Source: an uncultured virus (IMG/VR IMGVR_UViG_3300020325_000007)
Lineage: Duplodnaviria > Heunggongvirae > Uroviricota > Caudoviricetes
DNA: 59,227 nt
Strand: one strand, 5' to 3'
IMG/VR virus record: IMGVR_UViG_3300020325_000007
Part shown: positions 28,988 through 38,477 of the stretch, piece by piece
How the letters are laid out: every line of letters begins with the position of its first letter
How positions within the stretch are numbered: position 1 is the first letter of the stretch
Notes under the pieces: generated by a model
What the model saw: the letters and a program-made list of their open reading frames with translations, nothing else
What the model was told of the DNA's origin: nothing
The model's database searches: none
Position numbers and translations under genes: made by a program

Positions 28988-29789
28988 GTTACGAGAAGAA
29001 CTTCTAAAATTAGAAGAACCTGAAGACAGACTAAAAGTATTAAAGAATCAGTATGAAGGTGAAACTGCATATATAATCGCAGGTGGACCGTCATTGAACA
29101 GATATACGAAAGAAGAACTTAGAGATTTTCTAAGAGATAAGTTATGTTTACCAATCAAACAATCATATAACTTTCTAAAAGAAGTAGCAGACTTCCATTT
29201 ACTAAATTGGTGTAACTTTGCACCGTATGATTGGTCAAATAATAAATCAATCATAACGTGGGCAATATTTGAACAGTTCCATCCTCAAATGATATTTGAA
29301 AATAATTTAGAGAATGATTTATTCATTCCTATATTTAGAAACAATCCAAATACAGGTGGTGGAGTTGGTCCTAATAAAATGATTCACTCATTATCAGAAC
29401 GAGAGGATTGGGACACTATGAAGTTAGACCACCCCGAATATGGATTTAACCAACCTTGGGGGCCTGGTATTATGTACGAAATGGCACTTCCATTAGCAAT
29501 GTATTTAGGTTGTAAAAAAATAGTAACTATTGGTTGGGATATTGGTGATTTATCATCGTTTGACAAAGGAACTGAAGACGATACACAAAGAGTATTTCAA
29601 GAACACTTTTATGGTGATGAACACGAAAAGATTGTATATGCAAAAACATCAATGGGTCCAAGAGAAATACTATCAGTAGCAAAAGCAACAAAAGGTATTT
29701 ACTATTGGATGAAAGAACAAGGTGTTGAATGGGAAATAAATTCAGATAGAAATCCTGGCTACGAAGGAATTCCAAGAGTAGAGATATGA
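28968..29789 (+). CDS. Maf/MptE-like (DUF115) protein, candidate ulosonic-acid transferase
   Basis: AYIIAGGPSL and LAMYLGCKKIVTIGWD. Confidence 0.65.
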   Translation: MKSQTSKLREELLKLEEPEDRLKVLKNQYEGETAYIIAGGPSLNRYTKEELRDFLRDKLCLPIKQSYNFLKEVADFHLLNWCNFAPYDWSNNKSIITWAIFEQFHPQMIFENNLENDLFIPIFRNNPNTGGGVGPNKMIHSLSEREDWDTMKLDHPEYGFNQPWGPGIMYEMALPLAMYLGCKKIVTIGWDIGDLSSFDKGTEDDTQRVFQEHFYGDEHEKIVYAKTSMGPREILSVAKATKGIYYWMKEQGVEWEINSDRNPGYEGIPRVEI

Positions 29790-30730
29790 TAGCAGCAGGT
29801 TGTTTAGTACAATGGTATGAGATTGATATGTTTGAGGAATATGTAGATTCTCTTAAACTATCAATTGGTAATCAAAAAGATAAAGTACTGATTGATTTAT
29901 GTTTAGTAACAAATCAGGATTTAGAAAAATCCACTAAGGATTTGTACGACATAAAAAAAGAATTCATAAGAGTATGTGATAGTTTAATAAACGATGGGTA
30001 TAAGTTGGACTACGATATAACTAAAGACTTATATACAATCGCAGATTACAGAAGAGATTTTAACGAAAAGTATTGTGAACTTGTAGATGTATTGTTTTGG
30101 GGTGAATCTGATATGTTAGTACCATCACAGGCGATTGAAACTATTTTATCATTACATGAGGCAGTAAAAGAACAAACACCAAAATGGTTAGGGTTCTTCG
30201 CTACTTGTAAAATGTGGGACGATTCATGGAAACCATTAGAACATCCAAAACTCACTGATTTACCAAGAGACGCACACGCGTGGTATGGAACAAGATGTTA
30301 TATGGATTATGATAAAATGGAAGAGATAAACTCTGATACTGAATCACCACATATAGAATCAACTTACAACTATAAATTCAATGGTTGTGGGTTAGTAATG
30401 TCATCAGAACTTGTAAGAAGTGGAGTAAATATACCAAAATGTGTATTTTTTACCCATGAAGACACAGCATTGATGAATAAAATGTTAACTTTATTTGGAA
30501 ATAACCAAATTCCTTTGTATATTGTAAAGAATATATTGTTAGTTCATAATAGAGAACACCCAAGAAAGAGAAAATATGTACAGGATGAAGTCGGGAGTGA
30601 TATTAATGAACAAAGAAAATCAAATGATTGGTATAAAGTAGCGAGTGAAATGTCAAAGTTGAACGCGTATAACTTTATGAAACAAGGAAGAAACTTTAAT
30701 TGGAAAGACGTATGGAAAGAAGTCCTGTAA
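29786..30730 (+). CDS. Putative GT-A glycosyltransferase
   Basis: ESD in a DxD-like position, NGCG...S, HED, LVH; glycan island context. Confidence 0.5.
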   Translation: MIAAGCLVQWYEIDMFEEYVDSLKLSIGNQKDKVLIDLCLVTNQDLEKSTKDLYDIKKEFIRVCDSLINDGYKLDYDITKDLYTIADYRRDFNEKYCELVDVLFWGESDMLVPSQAIETILSLHEAVKEQTPKWLGFFATCKMWDDSWKPLEHPKLTDLPRDAHAWYGTRCYMDYDKMEEINSDTESPHIESTYNYKFNGCGLVMSSELVRSGVNIPKCVFFTHEDTALMNKMLTLFGNNQIPLYIVKNILLVHNREHPRKRKYVQDEVGSDINEQRKSNDWYKVASEMSKLNAYNFMKQGRNFNWKDVWKEVL

Positions 30731-31611
30731 CAACTTGTATATCTACAAACAATAATCTTGATTATGTAAAACTTGCTTACGAATCCGTAAGAAAGAATGC
30801 ATATTACAAGGACCAACCGATTGTGATTCACGCAGAGAATTGTACTGATGGTACAGATGAGTGGTTACTTAATCTAATGCAAGAGGATAAGAATCTAAAA
30901 GGTTTTATAGAACATAACGATACACCAAGAGGAATTGGTGGTGGTATGGACTTTTGTGTTGACAAATCAGAAACCGAGTATGTAAATATAATCCACTCTG
31001 ATATGTGGATATCACCAAATCAAGATTTAGAGTTACAAAAGATTGTAGAAGAGGGTGATGGGGTTGATAGAATTATTGCGTCATCATTTAGAATCCAACC
31101 TAAGATATTTCCAAATGACCCTGATTATAGGCCAGGAACTGTATTTGTATCAACTGATGAGTTTGGTGAATTCCATCATAACTTTGATAAGGAGTGGTTT
31201 GATGATTGGTCTCAGAAACTTTCATCAATGGATGAGACTCGTGTAAGAAAAGGTGGTGGTGCAGGATTCTTCTGTAAAAAAGAAGACTATGTTTGGATTG
31301 GTGGTAACGACCCACTATTCGCACCCGCGTCATACGATGATATGGATTTGTTTATTAGAATGCAATTAGAAGGGTACAAGTTTATTATGTCATCTAAGTC
31401 AGTTGTATATCATTTTTCAGCAAGAGGTTCTCATTTTAGAGATGAAGCAAAAGATATATTGAATTCCAAATCAAAAAGACAACAAGAATCAGAATCAAAC
31501 AACGCAAGAAAGTTTATTAATAAGTGGGGTAGATTACCTGAACACGATGACCAAACTTTTGTAAAACCAATAGAAGGAACAAGTAACCCAAATAGGATAC
31601 CATTATTATGA
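30712..31611 (+). CDS. GT2 glycosyltransferase
   Basis: CTDGT, HSD, GGND..F, DD.D, VYHF..RGS. Confidence 0.8.
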   Translation: MERSPVTTCISTNNNLDYVKLAYESVRKNAYYKDQPIVIHAENCTDGTDEWLLNLMQEDKNLKGFIEHNDTPRGIGGGMDFCVDKSETEYVNIIHSDMWISPNQDLELQKIVEEGDGVDRIIASSFRIQPKIFPNDPDYRPGTVFVSTDEFGEFHHNFDKEWFDDWSQKLSSMDETRVRKGGGAGFFCKKEDYVWIGGNDPLFAPASYDDMDLFIRMQLEGYKFIMSSKSVVYHFSARGSHFRDEAKDILNSKSKRQQESESNNARKFINKWGRLPEHDDQTFVKPIEGTSNPNRIPLL

Positions 31612-32480
31612 GAATATTAGTTACAGGTGGAGCAGGATTTGTTGGTACAAATCTAATTAAAAGATTAGTTACAAACGGACATGACGTAGTATCAGTCGAT
31701 GACTATTCTACAGGAGATAAAGAAAATCATGTAGAAGGTTGTAAATATGTAGAAATGTCTGTTGTAGACTTTGACAGGTATCACGAACTTGAGTTTTCAG
31801 AGTTTGATTTAATTTATCATTTAGCAGGTTTGTCAAGAATCCAACCATCTTTTAAGAATCCAACACATACATTCAATGTAAACACAGGTGGTACTCAGAA
31901 GATTTTGGAGTTCGCAAGAAAGACAAATACAAAAGTAATTTACGCAGGTTCATCTTCAAAACATCATGACCCATATCAATCACCATATGCAACTTGTAAG
32001 TATCTTGGTGAAGAGATTTGTAAAATGTACAAAAGAACTTACAATATGGATATTGAGATTTGTAGATTCTATAATGTTTATGGACCACATGAAGTTATCG
32101 AAGGTGATTGGGCAGCCGTGATTGGTATTTGGAGAAGACAAATTAGAGATAACCAACCGATTACAATTGTTGGTGATGGTGAACAAAGAAGAGACTTTAC
32201 TCATGTACACGATATTGTTGACGCATTATTAGAACTACAAACTGTAAAAACTTCATTAGACATATTAGACGCGTGGGAATTAGGAACGGGTATGAATTAC
32301 TCAATCAATCAGGTAGCAGATATGTTTGTAAAATATAGTGGATGTAAAAAAGAATACATTGATGACCAATATGGAAATTACAGAGAAACACTCAGAGAGT
32401 CTGATGAAGCATTGAAATTATTAAAATGGTTTCCAAAAGATAGATTAGAAAGTTATATAAAAGGATTATATGAAGTTTGA
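31608..32480 (+). CDS. NAD-dependent sugar-nucleotide epimerase/dehydratase
   Basis: TGGAGFVG, HLAG, SPYATCK, RFYNVYG, RRDFTHV. Confidence 0.88.
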   Translation: MRILVTGGAGFVGTNLIKRLVTNGHDVVSVDDYSTGDKENHVEGCKYVEMSVVDFDRYHELEFSEFDLIYHLAGLSRIQPSFKNPTHTFNVNTGGTQKILEFARKTNTKVIYAGSSSKHHDPYQSPYATCKYLGEEICKMYKRTYNMDIEICRFYNVYGPHEVIEGDWAAVIGIWRRQIRDNQPITIVGDGEQRRDFTHVHDIVDALLELQTVKTSLDILDAWELGTGMNYSINQVADMFVKYSGCKKEYIDDQYGNYRETLRESDEALKLLKWFPKDRLESYIKGLYEV

Positions 32481-33294
32481 AATTAGTGGTGAATTTGGTT
32501 ACGAGTTGTTCGCAGGATTACCTTTAGTAAATTGGTATAAAGAACAGGGACATGATGTTGAAGTCATATCATCTAAAGGTTCCTCTATATTATATCCAAA
32601 TATAAAAGTAACTGAAAAATATAGTAATAGACATAGTTTTTTTCAATTAGACATTGATGGTGAATCTTACTACAGACCACATAATCATGTAGCAGGTGTT
32701 TTTTCAAAACCTGTTGTTGGTGATAAACTAATGTGGGAAGACAAATGGTCACCACCTGATTTGAAATCATATTATTTAGAACAATTCCAAATAAAAACAG
32801 ATAAACCATTTTTAGTCGTTTCAAATAAAATTCAAAATGAATGGGGACGTGGTCCTGTAAACTATCTTAGTGTCGATGTACTAAGACAGATATTTGAATT
32901 ATGTAAAGATAAATTTAATATTGTTTACAATAGACCAAATGTAAACGACATAGTAAATGATGATACACTACAAGAGAAATTCGGAGATAGAGAATTGGTA
33001 AGAGAGATGAGTATTCCGACCATGCAAAATTACGCAGAAGAATATGACTTAGATTACAACACCACACAAATGGCAGTAATGTCAAATTGTAATCACTTTA
33101 TATCAACTCAAGGTGGTAACTCTGCCTTGAGTGCGTATTTTGGTGGAAGAGGTATTATTTATGGTGTCGAGGGTTACGAGGTAAAACATTACGCATATAG
33201 AAGATTCTTCCCTAAACTATCAAGTCAGGCAATATGGCCTGTACAAACATACGATGATTTAATCAGTAAAGTAAAAAGTAGTATATTATGTTAA
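32470..33294 (+). CDS. Hypothetical, possible glycosyltransferase
   Basis: GEFGYEL, NK...EW, FISTQGG; glycan island context. Confidence 0.45.
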   Translation: MKFEISGEFGYELFAGLPLVNWYKEQGHDVEVISSKGSSILYPNIKVTEKYSNRHSFFQLDIDGESYYRPHNHVAGVFSKPVVGDKLMWEDKWSPPDLKSYYLEQFQIKTDKPFLVVSNKIQNEWGRGPVNYLSVDVLRQIFELCKDKFNIVYNRPNVNDIVNDDTLQEKFGDRELVREMSIPTMQNYAEEYDLDYNTTQMAVMSNCNHFISTQGGNSALSAYFGGRGIIYGVEGYEVKHYAYRRFFPKLSSQAIWPVQTYDDLISKVKSSILC

Positions 33295-34466
33295 GTAAAA
33301 AAGATATTAGTTTTATTCAACCATCAAGAGATAATTTAAAGTATCTTAAATGGTCATATGAATCAATTAGAAAAAATGGTGGTCCTGAACCACATATTTG
33401 TGTAGCAGATGATTTCAGTTCTGATGGAACTTGGGAATGGTGTCAAGAAAGAATGAAAGAAGACCCAAACTTCAAAGCAATTAGAAACGAAGGACCAACA
33501 AGATTAGGACATACAATCTTATATGATAGATTGATTAATGAAGTAGCAACTACAAAAGTGGTTGGAATCTATCACGCAGATATGTATCTTTGTCCAGGCG
33601 CATTAGAATCATTGATAAAGAATCTAAAACCAAAAACAGTAGTATCTTGGACTCGTATCGAACCACCATTACATCCTGATGGTCCTGAAAAGATTCTTTG
33701 GGATGGTAAAACTGAACCCGAGGATTTCTTAGAAGAAGAACTTCTTGTAGAGATTCCTAAGTTTACAAACAAAGATAAAATTACAAAAGGTATATTCGCA
33801 CCTTGGTTTTTATATAAAGAAGACTTTACATCAATCGGTGGACACGACCCTTTGTATGCACCACAATCAAAAGAGGACTCTGATATATTTAACAGATTTT
33901 TACTAAATGGATATGATTTGATTCAAGTTTGGGACGGGTTTGTATATCACATGACTTGTAGAGGGTCAAGATTCAATCCAACATTAACTGAAGTAGGTAA
34001 AGAATCAGATGAATGGTTAAAACAAAATCAGAGGTCAACAAGGAATTTTATCAGAAAATGGGGTCATTTTGTAAAACATGATGAATTTATGTTACCTCAA
34101 ATTCCACATAAATACGATATTCAGTTTAATGTAGAGAACTGTAATTCACAAATGTTAAATATTTTAGAACCTTGGTGTGATAGAATTGTTACAGATTTAC
34201 CAAAAGATATCATTGAGAGTTATATAAAATTGGAACAACCAAATACTCAGTTTGATTTAACTAAAAGAATAAATGTAGATATTGATTCAGATATTGAGAT
34301 AAGTTTTGACGCAAATAGACTTTCAAATCAATCATTTACATACATCCAAAAGTGGGCAGAAATCTTTGATTCTAACGAAATTGAAATCGGAGAGTTTGAA
34401 TTAGACATATTTAATATAAAGGTTAATAAAATAAAATACTACGAAAGTGAGTTGATAAATCTATGA
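33288..34466 (+). CDS. GT2 glycosyltransferase
   Basis: DDFSSDGT, HAD, GGHD..Y, EDSD, VYH..CRGS; resembles 30712. Confidence 0.82.
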   Translation: MLSKKDISFIQPSRDNLKYLKWSYESIRKNGGPEPHICVADDFSSDGTWEWCQERMKEDPNFKAIRNEGPTRLGHTILYDRLINEVATTKVVGIYHADMYLCPGALESLIKNLKPKTVVSWTRIEPPLHPDGPEKILWDGKTEPEDFLEEELLVEIPKFTNKDKITKGIFAPWFLYKEDFTSIGGHDPLYAPQSKEDSDIFNRFLLNGYDLIQVWDGFVYHMTCRGSRFNPTLTEVGKESDEWLKQNQRSTRNFIRKWGHFVKHDEFMLPQIPHKYDIQFNVENCNSQMLNILEPWCDRIVTDLPKDIIESYIKLEQPNTQFDLTKRINVDIDSDIEISFDANRLSNQSFTYIQKWAEIFDSNEIEIGEFELDIFNIKVNKIKYYESELINL

Positions 34467-34708
34467 GATACTTCATACTACTGCCAGAGGATTCAGAAGA
34501 AGATGTTGACTATTCAACAAACATCTTAGGTGAGATTTCATTCAAAAACTTTTGGACTGAAGAGGGATTTGAAATCCTTATTAGATTGGTAGAAAAGTAT
34601 CCTGACACTTTAGAACAAGTGACAATAAAAGACGAACAAAACAAAAATTATTCTGTAGAACAATTCTTAGATAAAATCAAAAATTTAAAGGTAATTAAAA
34701 ATGGGTAA
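34463..34708 (+). CDS. Hypothetical acidic protein
   Basis: Operonic ORF with ATGA overlap. Confidence 0.55.
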   Translation: MRYFILLPEDSEEDVDYSTNILGEISFKNFWTEEGFEILIRLVEKYPDTLEQVTIKDEQNKNYSVEQFLDKIKNLKVIKNG

Positions 34709-34901
34709 GATTGATATTCGAAGTATTGACTTCGATGATGACGAATATTATGAAAACGAACACTATGAAAACATTAAAAGAAAACGTAGGAAAAAAAATA
34801 ATAATGACAAAGACTTTCTCGAATTTCAGGGGGAGTCTCGTAGAGGGAGAGAAAGTGACTCTTATATCACTCAACGAACAAAAGGGCGAAGTAGACGTTA
34901 A
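34701..34901 (+). CDS. Hypothetical charged protein
   Basis: ATG overlaps the upstream gene end; acidic then basic tracts. Confidence 0.4.
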   Translation: MGKIDIRSIDFDDDEYYENEHYENIKRKRRKKNNNDKDFLEFQGESRRGRESDSYITQRTKGRSRR

Positions 34902-34956
34902 TGACCCTTTTGGTACTAAATGGACCATTCCTTTAGAATTTGTCCATATTTATTAG
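34804..34956 (+). CDS. Hypothetical small beta (SH3-like) protein
   Basis: MTKTFSNFRGSLVEGEKVTLI...DPFGTKWTIP; overlaps the previous ORF in another frame. Confidence 0.4.
   Translation: MTKTFSNFRGSLVEGEKVTLISLNEQKGEVDVNDPFGTKWTIPLEFVHIY
34947..34953 (+). promoter_or_regulatory. TATTTAT motif, candidate phage late promoter (also at 19191, 36183, 39266, 42220, 42803, 48997, 52871)
   Basis: Recurs just upstream of start codons at gene junctions. Confidence 0.45.
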
Positions 34957-34968
34957 TAAGGAGATTTT

Positions 34969-35289
34969 ATGCCGTCAACAAGTAAACAACAACAAAAGTA
35001 CATGGGTCTTGTATACGCCTTGAAAAAAGGTGATGTAAAACCATCAGATGTTTCTAAAGATGTTAGAGATACGGCGAAAAGAATGTCCAAAGCAGATATT
35101 AAAAAATACGCTTCAACTAAACATAAAGGACTTCCAAGTAAAAAAGAATCCTTGTATAAACAGTTAGAAGAACTCATCAAAAAGATTGATGAGACTTGGT
35201 CAGATAAGTATAAAAAATCAATCGACTGTAACAATCCAAAAGGGTTTTCTCAGAAAGCACATTGTGCAGGTCGTAAAAAAAGGAAATAG
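34969..35289 (+). CDS. Basic two-module protein (DUF3008-like plus a Cys/His module), probable virion-internal
   Basis: S..QQK.MG...KKG...ASTKHKGLP, then IDE|TWSDKYKKSIDC.NPKGFSQKAHC. Confidence 0.55.
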   Translation: MPSTSKQQQKYMGLVYALKKGDVKPSDVSKDVRDTAKRMSKADIKKYASTKHKGLPSKKESLYKQLEELIKKIDETWSDKYKKSIDCNNPKGFSQKAHCAGRKKRK

Positions 35290-35290
35290 A

Positions 35291-36172
35291 ATGTTACTAA
35301 AAATAGGTTCAAGAGGTAATGAAGTTAAAGAATTACAAGAATTCCTCGGTATTGGAGCAGATGGAATCTTTGGTAAAGGAACTGCAGCAGCAGTTAAAGA
35401 GTTCCAAAAAGTCAACGGTTTGGGTGCTGATGGTATTGTGGGTCCTGCCACTTGGGATTGTATGGGTCTTGCTACTACTGATAATTCAGAGAAGACGTAC
35501 ACAACGGAAAATGGATTAGTAATACACAGACACTTTTTACCTGAAGGTGAATACAAAAGTGGAATTACAAAAAAAGAATATTGTTTCATACATCATACAG
35601 CAGGATGGCAGAATCCTTACAACTGTATAGATAATTGGGGACGAGATAGTAGAGGTGCAGTTTGTACAGAGTTTGTATTAGGTGGACCATCTATTAAAGG
35701 TAATAATGATACACATGATGGTGAGATGGTTCAGGCGTTTCCTGACGGTCACTACGGATGGCACTTAGGTAAGAATGGGTCACAACATATGCATACTCAT
35801 TCTGTAGGTGTTGAAGTTTGTAACTTTGGTTGGATTAAGAATGGTAAGACATATGCGGGTACAACAGCAGCAGAAGACCAACTTGTAAAGTTAGACAAAC
35901 CATTTAGAGGATTTGATGTGTGGCATAGATACTCAGATAAACAAATTGAGTCTTTAAGACTTTGGATTCTGTACATCGCAGAGAGAGATGGAATTGATGT
36001 AAGAAAAGGTTTACCTGAGTTAATAAAAGAAAAAGGTGCAGACGCATTTGAATTTAATGAAGACGCATACTATGGACGAGTAAAAGGACTATGGACACAT
36101 ACCAATACTCGTAAAGATAAGTTCGATATGTTCCCGCAAGAGGAATTATTGGATATGTTAATTAGTTTGTAG
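35291..36172 (+). CDS. Endolysin: peptidoglycan-binding domain plus N-acetylmuramoyl-L-alanine amidase
   Basis: GSRG.EV..LQ, ADGIFG..T..AV..FQ, DGIVGP.T; HHTAG, WH.G, GVEVC, THT...K.D. Confidence 0.85.
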   Translation: MLLKIGSRGNEVKELQEFLGIGADGIFGKGTAAAVKEFQKVNGLGADGIVGPATWDCMGLATTDNSEKTYTTENGLVIHRHFLPEGEYKSGITKKEYCFIHHTAGWQNPYNCIDNWGRDSRGAVCTEFVLGGPSIKGNNDTHDGEMVQAFPDGHYGWHLGKNGSQHMHTHSVGVEVCNFGWIKNGKTYAGTTAAEDQLVKLDKPFRGFDVWHRYSDKQIESLRLWILYIAERDGIDVRKGLPELIKEKGADAFEFNEDAYYGRVKGLWTHTNTRKDKFDMFPQEELLDMLISL

Positions 36173-36221
36173 ATTTACAGACTATTTATATTAGTAACAA
36201 GTTTTAGAAAAAGGTTATACT

Positions 36222-36470
36222 ATGATAAAATATATTAGGAGAAAATGGATGGCATTTAAAGACATTTTTAAAGATGACAATGATATCAACGAAAAAAACG
36301 TAATTGGATTCATGTCGTTCGCAGTGATGACGTTATTCGCATTCTTTGACCTTGCAACAGGTTACTTTGGAAAAGACTTAGTAATCAATGAGTTCATATA
36401 CAATTCTTTTGTATTTGTAACATTAGGTTGTTTTGGTATCGCCGGGTTAGAGAAGTTCGCAAAAAAGTAG
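36222..36470 (+). CDS. Small two-TM membrane protein, holin candidate
   Basis: Two hydrophobic helices and a basic C-terminus; follows the endolysin. Confidence 0.5.
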   Translation: MIKYIRRKWMAFKDIFKDDNDINEKNVIGFMSFAVMTLFAFFDLATGYFGKDLVINEFIYNSFVFVTLGCFGIAGLEKFAKK

Positions 36471-36487
36471 AGAAGGATTAAGACCAA

Positions 36488-37735
36488 ATGAAAAATTTAT
36501 TATCAATTTTGATGATTATCTTGATGATTGTACCAATGGGTGTCAATGCACAAGACGAAAAGAAAAAAGACAATGTATTTAAACAATTCTATGATAACTT
36601 CTTCAAATACGCAACAGTATATGGAGCAGGTGATTATAGAGCACCTTACGAAAGTTCGGATAAAAAATACCTAATTAGAACTCCCGATGGAGCAGGTATT
36701 TATGATGTACCTGAAGTAGTAGACGTTACGGAATACTTCCCATCAGATTACAGAATCGGATTTGGTATTCGTAAATTAGGTCGTTTTGGATACGAAAGAA
36801 AGCCAGGTAACTTTTGGACAGGTGACCAAAACTTAGAAAGACAAAACGCACTAATCGCACCAACTTCAGCAGTTCAAGGTTGGGAATACTTATTCCACTT
36901 TGAGAAGGAACGAAGAAGAGGTGAAGAGTGGGAAAACCTAAGATACTTCCTTAGACATACAGGTAAATACCATATTGTAAAACTTGAACAAAGATATCAA
37001 GGTGCATTTGACTTTAACTATAGTGCAGCAGAAGTAAGAGGAAGATTACCAATCGGTAAAAAGTTCTCTATATCAGCGGGAGCAGCATTTAGAACTCACG
37101 AAAGAGTTTATGGTGTTAATCCATATGAAATTTGGGTTAGTGCTTTAAATGATGATGGTACACAACAAAATTATTGGTATGAATTAGCATACGAGTATGG
37201 ATATCAAGACGCATATTATACTACAACTATTGATAATCCAATTACAGGTGAAACACAAAACATAGGTGGTTATTTTTGGTGGGACCCTGAAGGAAGAAGA
37301 GTCGCTTCTTCGGATTTACAATTTAGAGACGGACCTTACAAACAACTAATTTCAAGATATAATCAAGAAATATTAGGTAACACTGCAGAATTTGGATTGT
37401 TATCGCCAGTTGTCGGTTTCGATTTCTACCACTACAAGTCAAACTTTTGGTTACACCTATACGGTTCAGCATTTTTACCATATCACAAGTATGTAATGGG
37501 TGATACAGATGAACAAGGAAGAGTTCCTCTATCTTACCTATACAGAAACGATTGGGACCAATATGGATTAGCAGACGCAGCAAAAGGTGAGCAGTGGTGG
37601 GATTATCAAGCAGGTGCAAACTTTGGATGGAAAATCGGAAAATCAATCGGGTTATTCGCAGAAGGTGAATATACTCAAATGTGGGATTCTAAATTTTTCA
37701 TTACAACATTTGGTATAAACTATACATTCAGATAA
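36488..37735 (+). CDS. Secreted protein, probable outer-membrane beta-barrel
   Basis: Sec signal ending VNA|Q, aromatic-rich alternating strands, C-terminal FGINYTFR resembling a beta-signal. Confidence 0.6.
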   Translation: MKNLLSILMIILMIVPMGVNAQDEKKKDNVFKQFYDNFFKYATVYGAGDYRAPYESSDKKYLIRTPDGAGIYDVPEVVDVTEYFPSDYRIGFGIRKLGRFGYERKPGNFWTGDQNLERQNALIAPTSAVQGWEYLFHFEKERRRGEEWENLRYFLRHTGKYHIVKLEQRYQGAFDFNYSAAEVRGRLPIGKKFSISAGAAFRTHERVYGVNPYEIWVSALNDDGTQQNYWYELAYEYGYQDAYYTTTIDNPITGETQNIGGYFWWDPEGRRVASSDLQFRDGPYKQLISRYNQEILGNTAEFGLLSPVVGFDFYHYKSNFWLHLYGSAFLPYHKYVMGDTDEQGRVPLSYLYRNDWDQYGLADAAKGEQWWDYQAGANFGWKIGKSIGLFAEGEYTQMWDSKFFITTFGINYTFR

Positions 37736-37754
37736 GATATAAGAGAGATTTGTT

Positions 37755-38042
37755 ATGGCAAAGCAGGTATCAGAAGAAACTAAAATTACCCTCGATTTAA
37801 AAACAATCGGGGTAATTCTGTTTTTTGTAGCAACGGTTGTCGGAATGTGGTTTACTCTTCAAGGTGACATCCAAGAAGCGAAAGAACTACCCGCGCCTGT
37901 GATTGATAGGACTGAGTATGATTTAAAGGACGAATTAATTCGCCAGACAATTTTAGATACTCAAGACGATGTAGACGATATCAAGGATAAACTTGATAAA
38001 ATTGATGAACGACTCTACGAATTACAACAAAGTCGTAGATAA
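37755..38042 (+). CDS. Single-TM coiled-coil membrane protein
   Basis: One TM helix followed by an acidic coiled coil; similar to 39844. Confidence 0.6.
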   Translation: MAKQVSEETKITLDLKTIGVILFFVATVVGMWFTLQGDIQEAKELPAPVIDRTEYDLKDELIRQTILDTQDDVDDIKDKLDKIDERLYELQQSRR

Positions 38043-38055
38043 AACAGGTTTCAGT

Positions 38056-38460
38056 ATGAAAAAATTGTTATTTTTAGTGATGTTACTTATTAGTGGTAAC
38101 TCATTTGGACAAGATTGGATAACAGATTCCAACATGGAAGATAAGATTCACGAAAAGTCCGCATTTGGTGACGATGAGATGTCAATCGTTGTAGTTGAGT
38201 TTTGGGCAAAGTTTAATGAACAGAACGCATTCCAAGATTGGGATAAAGTTGAAGGAATAACTCACTACTACAGAATTGATATTGCAAATGCACCAAACAT
38301 GAAAAAAGAATATAGAATACGAATGGCACCGACCATTATAGTATTCAAAGACGGTATAAAAGAAGAAGTGTATAAAGCAGGATTAGATTTAGAATGTCCT
38401 GTTGACTTACAAGAGTTACAAGAACACATCGATGAACTCAAGTCCGCTTCACAGTTTTAG
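38056..38460 (+). CDS. Secreted thioredoxin-fold protein lacking CXXC
   Basis: Signal peptide ending SFG|Q; VVEFWAKFN in place of WCxxC; RMAPTIIVFKDG. Confidence 0.65.
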   Translation: MKKLLFLVMLLISGNSFGQDWITDSNMEDKIHEKSAFGDDEMSIVVVEFWAKFNEQNAFQDWDKVEGITHYYRIDIANAPNMKKEYRIRMAPTIIVFKDGIKEEVYKAGLDLECPVDLQELQEHIDELKSASQF

Positions 38461-38477
38461 AAAGGTTGTATTAACAG

